Assembly: GCA_012797175.1 (NCBI GenBank)
Contig: JAAZPQ010000194.1
Coordinates: 294 to 64,293 of the forward strand
Direction: 5' to 3'
DNA length: 64,000 nucleotides
From: Bacillota bacterium
Lineage (GTDB): Bacteria; Bacillota; Dethiobacteria; DTU022
Shown: positions 58,433 to 64,000 of the stretch, in pieces
Layout of the letters: the number at the start of each line of letters is the position of its first letter
Numbering within the stretch: position 1 is the stretch's first letter
Notes under the pieces: generated by a model
The model's database searches: none
Seen by the model: the letters and a program-made list of their open reading frames with translations, nothing else
Told to the model about the DNA's origin: nothing
Program-made: the position numbers and the translations under genes

Positions 58433-60352
58433 TTGGAACATCTTATTATCGGGACTGCCGGGCATGTCGATCATGGCAAAACCGTTTTGATCAGGGCACT
58501 TACCGGGGTCGATACCGACCGTCTGCGGGAAGAAAAGAAGCGCGGCATCTCCATTGATCTCGGGTTTGCCCCCCTTGAGCTTCCTGGCGGCCGCCTGGCC
58601 GGGATTGTCGATGTCCCGGGCCACGAGCGTTTTATCCATAATATGCTTGCCGGGGCCGCCGGGATGGACCTGGTTCTGCTGGTGGTTGATGCTACCGAAG
58701 GGGTTATGCCGCAAACGAAGGAGCATCTGCAGATATTACAGCTTTTAGGATTGGAAAAAGGGATCGTCGTCATTACCAAGACTGACCTGGTTGACGAAGA
58801 GTGGCAGGAACTTATCCAGGAGGAGATCTCCGCGGAGCTGGAAGGGACCTTTCTTGCCGATGCTCCTATCCACGCCGTCTCTGCTTTTACCGGCGAAGGT
58901 ATTGACGAACTGAAAGAGCGGATCAGTTCGGCTACCCTTGAGCTGTCTCCCCGGGATTCGTCGGGGCCGCTGCGGTTGCCGGTGGATCGTTCTTTTACTA
59001 TCGCCGGCTTTGGTACCGTGATTACCGGAACACTTTTCCGCGGGAGCGTCCGGGAAGGCGATAGAGTTGAGATTGTTCCATCCGGCCTGGAGGCGCGCGT
59101 GCGCAACATTCAGGTTCATGAGCGTAACCGGCAAGAAGCCCGGGCCGGACAGCGGGTGGCGTTAAACCTGGCCGGAATTGAAAAGGCAGAAGTCCGGCGC
59201 GGCAACGTTATCGCCTCGCCCGGCTACTACCAACCGACAAAGCTTCTCGACGCTTCGCTTTCGCTGCTGCCAGGAGCTCCCCGGCCGCTTAAAAATTTGG
59301 ATCCGGTTCACTTATTTTTGGGAACCGCCCGGGTGGTGGCGCGCCTGTTGCTGCTTGATTGCGATGAGCTCAGGCCGGGTGAAAAATGCTTCGTTCAGTG
59401 CCGCCTTAACCACCCCCTGGTAGCAGACCGGGCCGACCGTTTTATTATCCGTTCATACTCACCGATGACCACGATTGGGGGAGGGCGGGTGCTCGACCCC
59501 GCTCCGGCACGGCATCGCCGTTTTCGCCGGGCCTCTTTTGCACACCTTGAAGATATGGAGCAGGACCCGGAGGCGGGAGGAGACGAGGCTTTCATCTACC
59601 AGAAACTATCCGGCCTGCTTATCGCCGACCCGGCTCACCTGGCCCGGGAGACTCGCCTGGACGAGAAGCGGCTGCATGATATCCTTAAGCGGCTAACCCA
59701 AAAAGGGGTTGTCGAGAAGCTTGGCCAAAGCTATCTTACCCGGAAGTGCTTTGAAGAATGGGAACGCCGACTGTTGCACGAAGTAGAAGAATATCATCGT
59801 GATCATCCCTTGCTACCGGGTATCTCCCGGGCACGGTTAAAGGGAGCCTTGCCTCGTGAACTGGGCTTGCGGGAATATGACCTTTTTCTAGAGCGGCTAC
59901 AGGAGCAGGGGCAGGTCGTGCTGCAAGGAGATCTGGTCAGCCGGAAAGGTTTTACTCCCAGGCCTTCTACGCAAGAGCAGGCGCAGCTTGCACGTTTAAC
60001 GGAAGTGTATGCCGGGGCCTTGTTCCAGCCTCCCACGGTTAAGGAGGCACTCTCCCGGGCGGGGATTGAAAGCCAGCAGCCGGAAGACTATTACAGCTAC
60101 CTGGTAAACCGCGGCCAGCTGGTGAAAATAAATGACGAGCTTTATTTTCACCGGGAGGCCTACGATGAAGCGGTTGAGCTGCTGCGCGCTCATTTCACTA
60201 CTGCCGATACAATTACCCTGGCCCAGTTTAGAGACCTTACCGGCAGTTCGCGGAAGATCGTGCAGCCGTTACTCGAGCATTTCGACTATTTAAAGCTGAC
60301 CCGCCGCGTCGGCGATCACCGCGTCCCCGTGAAACTGTTAAACCATGGCTAG
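58433..60352 (+). CDS. selB: Selenocysteine-specific translation elongation factor SelB
   Basis: GTAGHVDHGKT (G1) and DVPGHE (G3) motifs, with a long C-terminal winged-helix extension. It overlaps the selA stop. The start is probably TTG 58433 (MEHLIIGTAGHVDHGKT). Confidence 0.85.
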   Translation: MEHLIIGTAGHVDHGKTVLIRALTGVDTDRLREEKKRGISIDLGFAPLELPGGRLAGIVDVPGHERFIHNMLAGAAGMDLVLLVVDATEGVMPQTKEHLQILQLLGLEKGIVVITKTDLVDEEWQELIQEEISAELEGTFLADAPIHAVSAFTGEGIDELKERISSATLELSPRDSSGPLRLPVDRSFTIAGFGTVITGTLFRGSVREGDRVEIVPSGLEARVRNIQVHERNRQEARAGQRVALNLAGIEKAEVRRGNVIASPGYYQPTKLLDASLSLLPGAPRPLKNLDPVHLFLGTARVVARLLLLDCDELRPGEKCFVQCRLNHPLVADRADRFIIRSYSPMTTIGGGRVLDPAPARHRRFRRASFAHLEDMEQDPEAGGDEAFIYQKLSGLLIADPAHLARETRLDEKRLHDILKRLTQKGVVEKLGQSYLTRKCFEEWERRLLHEVEEYHRDHPLLPGISRARLKGALPRELGLREYDLFLERLQEQGQVVLQGDLVSRKGFTPRPSTQEQAQLARLTEVYAGALFQPPTVKEALSRAGIESQQPEDYYSYLVNRGQLVKINDELYFHREAYDEAVELLRAHFTTADTITLAQFRDLTGSSRKIVQPLLEHFDYLKLTRRVGDHRVPVKLLNHG

Positions 60353-60407
60353 TGCCCGGTCCTAAAATTTACTAACTTAAAAAAAGACCAGGCGGGAGGT
60401 GTTAGCT

Positions 60408-61457
60408 ATGAAAAAGGAAAAGATCCGGCTTACATCGATGACCTCAAGCGCTGGGTGAGCGGCAAAAATTGGGCCTGAAGCCCTGGCACAGGTTCTGTGC
60501 TGTTTACCGTCTGTCGACGATCCGGCTTATCTAAACCGGCATCAGCACTATGCTGATGCCGGAGTCTACCGCCTCTCTGAAGAGATGGCCTTGGTCCAGA
60601 CTATTGATTTTTTCACTCCGGTGGTTGACGATCCCTATCTTTTCGGGCAAATTGCGGCGGCCAATGCTCTCAGCGATCTTTACACCATGGGGGCAAAGCC
60701 ACTGACGGCTTTAAACCTGGTCTGCTTTCCATCTGAGAAACAGCCTTTGAATATATTGGCGGAGATTTTGCGTGGCGGATTTGATAAAATTAGGGAATCC
60801 GGGGCGGTCTTGATTGGGGGTCACAGCGTTGAAGATGACGAACCGAAGTACGGGCTGGCCGCGACCGGGGTGGTTGACCCGCGGCAGATGATTACCAGCG
60901 CCGGTGCTCGTCCCGGCGATCGGCTCTTTTTAACTAAACCCCTCGGCAGCGGCATTATCACCACCGCGATAAAGGGCGACCAGCTCACCGTTCAGGAGGC
61001 CGGGGAGGTCTTGCAGGGAATGGCTGCTCTCAATGCTGCTGCTGCGGAGGCAATGGTTGAGGCCGGGGCCTCTGCGGCCACCGATATTACTGGTTTTGGC
61101 CTGCTTGGCCATCTACATGAGATGCTTGTCGCCAGCGGCGCCGGAGCTAAAATATATCGTAAAGCGGTTCCTGTTTACCACGGGACCGGGGAGATGGCGG
61201 CGAAAGGACTGATACCCGGGGGAGCCTACCGTAATCTGAGCTATTTTCAAGGCTCGGTTTACTGGGCGGGAGAGGAGCAGAAAAAGGAGGAATGCCTCTT
61301 AATCTTTTTTGATCCTCAGACTTCGGGGGGCCTATTGATTGCCGTGCCGCCAGAGCGCGCTGCAGCTTTGAGCGCAGCTTTGGAAAAGCGGAATCTCAGG
61401 AAAGATTATATCGGGGAGATTACCGCGGACGCCCCGGGGAAAATAACCGTATCTTGA
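60408..61457 (+). CDS. selD: Selenide, water dikinase SelD, with an in-frame UGA (selenocysteine) at 60456-60458
   Basis: ATG 60408 follows GGGAGGTG. Translation reads MKKEKIRLTSMTSSAG-U-AAKIGPEALAQVL, aligning with E. coli SelD [21 protein letters not shown] at the Cys/Sec17 position. Downstream TIDFFTPVVDDPYLFGQIAAANALSDLYTMGAKP matches SelD strongly. The ORF track reports only the part after the TGA (60585..61457). Confidence 0.8.
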
Positions 61458-61460
61458 CCT

Positions 61461-61628
61461 TTAGCTTATATTGTTGTTTCTGTTTTTCATCGCTTCCAGA
61501 ATTAGCAGGTCAAGTTCGGCACTTAGTTTCAAGACATCATGGTTGGTTAAATTTTTTTCTTGGTGCAACTTATCTCTTAATATTTCTATCTGTTGAAAGA
61601 GGCGATGCTTACTATTTACCGGATCCAC
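61461..61628 (-). CDS. Spo0E-family sporulation regulatory protein-aspartate phosphatase-like (about 55 aa)
   Basis: ...HRLFQQIEILRDKLHQEKNLTNHDVLKLSAELDLLILEAM matches the Spo0E-like helical hairpin pattern. GTG 61628 follows GAGGTGAGAGTA; the ORF track offers ATG 61673. Confidence 0.5.
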   Translation of the reverse strand: MDPVNSKHRLFQQIEILRDKLHQEKNLTNHDVLKLSAELDLLILEAMKNRNNNIS

Positions 61629-61870
61629 TACTCTCACCTCAAAATTGGGATGGTAAGTATGGCTATTCGACATAAAAGAGTGAATACCTTTTTTTCACAA
61701 GGAATATTTTCATAATAATACAATCTTCATCCATTAATGTAAGTTGATTAATGAGGTTGTAAGAACTTGGTTCAAGGGCAAGTCTACAATATTTTGCAAT
61801 TATACTGCTATATAAGCAGAAGTTAACAATAAAATACAAAATTATTAACTTCCATTCTTGCCGGTTCTGT

Positions 61871-62023
61871 TCACTGGTTGCGGTGTAAGGCGGTTAAATA
61901 AATTTCTCCGGCAGAATCCGTTTCGTCACCGGGGTAGCGGTTAATAGCTGTTTCAGCTTCTTTCAAGATTTGCAGCGCTTCCTCGTTAAGCCTGGGGTAA
62001 AGTTTTTCGGCTTCTAGGGCCAT
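61871..62023 (-). CDS. Small hypothetical ORF (50 aa) in an AT-rich spacer
   Basis: MALEAEKLYPRLNEEALQILKEAETAINRYPGDETDSAGEIYLTALHRNQ. The SD-to-ATG spacing is poor. Not in the ORF track (under 60 aa). Confidence 0.2.
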   Translation of the reverse strand: MALEAEKLYPRLNEEALQILKEAETAINRYPGDETDSAGEIYLTALHRNQ

Positions 62024-62303
62024 TCACCTCATGAAAACGTTTACCTCATATTATAACCGGGGCCGGGTGCTCTTATTCTGCAACCGGGTTTGTGGCTAAA
62101 GCCTGGCAATATTCTAATGTAAAATGTTTTCGAATTGCTAGAAGGATTTAGGACGTGTAACGTCGAAAACAAGGGATTGTAGGTTTGTATTGACACATTA
62201 AAGAGTTATTTCCTAAAGTTCAAAAGGGGGTTGGTGATAGCAGTATTAAGATTTTTTCATTTCCTCAGCCCGTGCCGCGGCCTGGAGGAAAAATATTTTA
62301 CTG

Positions 62304-63476
62304 ATGCGGGGTATGAAGATGACTACCGAAAACCAAACTTTTGCTGAAAAGTTTGACCTGCTGGGTTGCATTCAATGCGGGCGGTGTACCGGCGGTTGCC
62401 CGGTAACGGTGCGGACAAATTTAAATGTACGCCGTTTTGTCTATGACGCTTACAATGAAGATCTGCTGGACGAGCTCTCCAGGATGGCCGAAATTTGGGA
62501 CTGCACCGGCTGTCATACCTGCGCGGTCCGCTGCCCAAAGGGGCTGAAGCCACTGGAGGTATTGATCGGCCTGCGGTCGCTCGTTGTCGAAAGCGGCAAA
62601 ACCCAGCCAACGGTGCGGGATGCCCTCGAGAGCACTTTTATGGAAGGCAATCCCTGGGAAAAGCCGAGAGCCACCCGCGGTGATTGGATGGAAGGATTGG
62701 ATGTAAAAATTGCTCAGCCTGATCAGAGCGTCGAAAACCTGTTCTTTGTCTGCTGTACGATCGCCTACGATCCGCGTGTCAAGATCGTTGCTCAAAACAT
62801 GGTCCGCCTGCTTGAGAAAGCCGGTGTAGATTACGCGTTTCTCGGTGAAGATGAATCTTGTTGCGGCAGCGAGGTTTTCACCCTTGGTGAAGACGGCCTT
62901 TTTGAAATGATTGTCGAGGATAATACAGAACTGTTAAATGAATACCAGGCTAAACGGATCGTGGCCCTTTCGCCGCATTGTTTTACTACTTTCAAGACTC
63001 ATTACCCCGATTTAAACAAACCGGTACTTCATTATACTCAACTGCTGGCGGAGCTACTGGAGCAGGAGAAGCTGGTTTTCAAGAACGGCCTGGCAAAAAA
63101 GATTGTTTTTCATGACCCCTGCTACCTGGGCAAGCAGAGCGGAGTGTTTGATGAACCGCGCCGCTTGTTGAAAGCCATTGAGGGAGTGGAACTGGTCGAA
63201 TTTAATCGGGCCCGTGAACGCAGCCTCTGCTGTGAGGGTGGTGGCGGGAAAATGTGGGTGGAATCTGAATCAAAAATAGAGCGCCTGGCCGAAACGCGAA
63301 TTAAAGATGCCCGCGCTCTGGAAGCCGATATCGTGGCGGTGGCTTGCCCCTTCTGTGTCCTAACCTTGGAAGATGCCGTGAAGGCATTGGGATATGAAGA
63401 GGAGATGCGGGTGGCTGAAATCATGGAGCTTTTGGGAGAGTTGGACGGAGCGCAGGATAAATCTAATTCCGCTTAG
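62304..63476 (+). CDS. (Fe-S)-binding oxidoreductase with two [4Fe-4S] CxxCxxCxxxCP motifs and two CCG domains (HdrD/GlcF/LutA-like)
   Basis: CIQCGRCTGGCP and CTGCHTCAVRCP ferredoxin motifs, plus CCG-type clusters (CCGSE.., CCEGGGG). It lies directly upstream of etfB. Confidence 0.7.
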   Translation: MRGMKMTTENQTFAEKFDLLGCIQCGRCTGGCPVTVRTNLNVRRFVYDAYNEDLLDELSRMAEIWDCTGCHTCAVRCPKGLKPLEVLIGLRSLVVESGKTQPTVRDALESTFMEGNPWEKPRATRGDWMEGLDVKIAQPDQSVENLFFVCCTIAYDPRVKIVAQNMVRLLEKAGVDYAFLGEDESCCGSEVFTLGEDGLFEMIVEDNTELLNEYQAKRIVALSPHCFTTFKTHYPDLNKPVLHYTQLLAELLEQEKLVFKNGLAKKIVFHDPCYLGKQSGVFDEPRRLLKAIEGVELVEFNRARERSLCCEGGGGKMWVESESKIERLAETRIKDARALEADIVAVACPFCVLTLEDAVKALGYEEEMRVAEIMELLGELDGAQDKSNSA

Positions 63477-63491
63477 GAGGTGGAGGATTAA

Positions 63492-64000
63492 ATGAAAATT
63501 TTTACCTGTATCAAGTATGTGCCCGATACTTCGGAAGCGGAGATTAAACTTAATCCGGAGGGCACGGAGGTTGATAGCAGCCGCTTTTCTTTTGATATCA
63601 ACGACGCCGATAATTACGCGGTAGAAGAATCAGTTTTAATCAAGGAGAAATATGGAGGCAATGTCACCGTGGTCTCTATCGGGCCGAAGGAATCAGATGT
63701 CATGATCCGTATGGCCATGGCCAAGGGCTGTGACAATGCCATCCGGATCGAGGATGAACGTATTGCCTCCCATGATCCGTTGATGGTGGCCCGGGTTCTT
63801 GCCGGGGCGATCAAAGATCAGGAATTCGACCTGGTCCTCACCGGGTGCATGGCCAATGACTACGGTCAAGCGACTACCGGGGTAGCCTTGGCTGAAATAC
63901 TGGGTGTTCCCCATGCTGCCTATGTCAAAAAAGTGGAGATCGAGGATGGTAAGGTTAAAGCATACCGCGAACTCGAGGGTGGGCTGATGGAGGTAGTTGA
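63492..64000 (+). CDS. etfB: Electron transfer flavoprotein beta subunit (partial; runs off the window end)
   Basis: MKIFTCIKYVPDTSEAEIKL... is the typical EtfB N-terminus. The RBS GGAGGTGGAGG precedes it. Confidence 0.75.
   Translation, partial: MKIFTCIKYVPDTSEAEIKLNPEGTEVDSSRFSFDINDADNYAVEESVLIKEKYGGNVTVVSIGPKESDVMIRMAMAKGCDNAIRIEDERIASHDPLMVARVLAGAIKDQEFDLVLTGCMANDYGQATTGVALAEILGVPHAAYVKKVEIEDGKVKAYRELEGGLMEVV

Noticed and set aside
61454-61675. A 73-aa plus-strand ORF (MTFSLYCCFCF...) opposite the Spo0E-like gene.
   Set aside because: The minus-strand frame gives a Spo0E-family helical pattern with a good GAGGTG RBS. The plus-strand product is low-complexity and overlaps the selD stop.
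61676-62303. Searched for tRNA-Sec (selC) or other tRNA-like cloverleaf sequences near the sel operon.
   Set aside because: There is no GGAAG...CTTCC acceptor pairing with a UCA anticodon loop, and no T-loop GTTCGAATC-like box on either strand. selC is presumably elsewhere.
1-64000. Scan for CRISPR arrays, IS/transposase genes, integrases, and rRNA.
   Set aside because: No regularly spaced direct repeats, no DDE/tyrosine-recombinase-like ORFs and no rRNA-like conserved stretches were seen. The only repeats are short ones (10 nt x2 at 51045-51072) and terminator hairpins.

Overview
The window is a chromosomal segment with about 57% GC from a spore-forming, selenium-using anaerobic Firmicute of the Clostridia type. 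The taxonomic guess is inference, not a database result. It rests on the genes for the germination protease gpr, a Spo0E-like phosphatase, the alr-ndoAI-ndoA arrangement, and the comEC..holA-rpsT(-)-gpr gene order known from Bacillus.

Contents in order:
- comEC.
- A roughly 13 kb alpha-glucan locus inserted between comEC and holA. It carries three GH57 glycoside hydrolases (a branching-enzyme type plus two amylase/glucanotransferase-like types), a GT4 glycosyltransferase, an 828-aa fused NDP-sugar pyrophosphorylase/phosphomannomutase-like protein, a galactose-1-phosphate uridylyltransferase (GalT)-like HIT enzyme, a DUF4912-like protein and a CapA-family gene.
- trkA-trkH, then holA, a transglutaminase-like protein, rpsT, a holin-like membrane protein, gpr, a polysaccharide deacetylase, nnr, a LolA-like protein, a possible glycosyltransferase-like protein, a CAP-domain protein and two hypothetical proteins.
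- hom-thrB, then alr with the ndoAI/ndoA (mazEF-type) toxin-antitoxin pair, a glutamine amidotransferase, a cation diffusion facilitator and gatCAB.
- fadD(-), a gltS-like transporter, a YhaO/YhaN (SbcD/SbcC-like) pair, an M48 peptidase and an MBL-fold hydrolase.
- A textbook cobalamin riboswitch followed by a DUF4430 gene and an ECF-type transporter (T component, fused A-A' ATPase, S component).
- A class A beta-lactamase-like gene(-), then a selA-selB-selD selenium operon. selD carries an in-frame TGA selenocysteine codon and was therefore split by the ORF track.
- A Spo0E-like gene(-), an AT-rich spacer, a heterodisulfide reductase D (HdrD)/GlcF-like CCG iron-sulfur oxidoreductase and the start of etfB.

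No rRNA, tRNA, CRISPR array or transposase was recognised. The best candidates for poorly described biology are the GH57/GalT-like/DUF4912/fused nucleotidyltransferase glucan locus, the membrane-embedded YhaN-like ATPase pair, and a beta-propeller-repeat/coiled-coil plus cysteine-rich protein pair.
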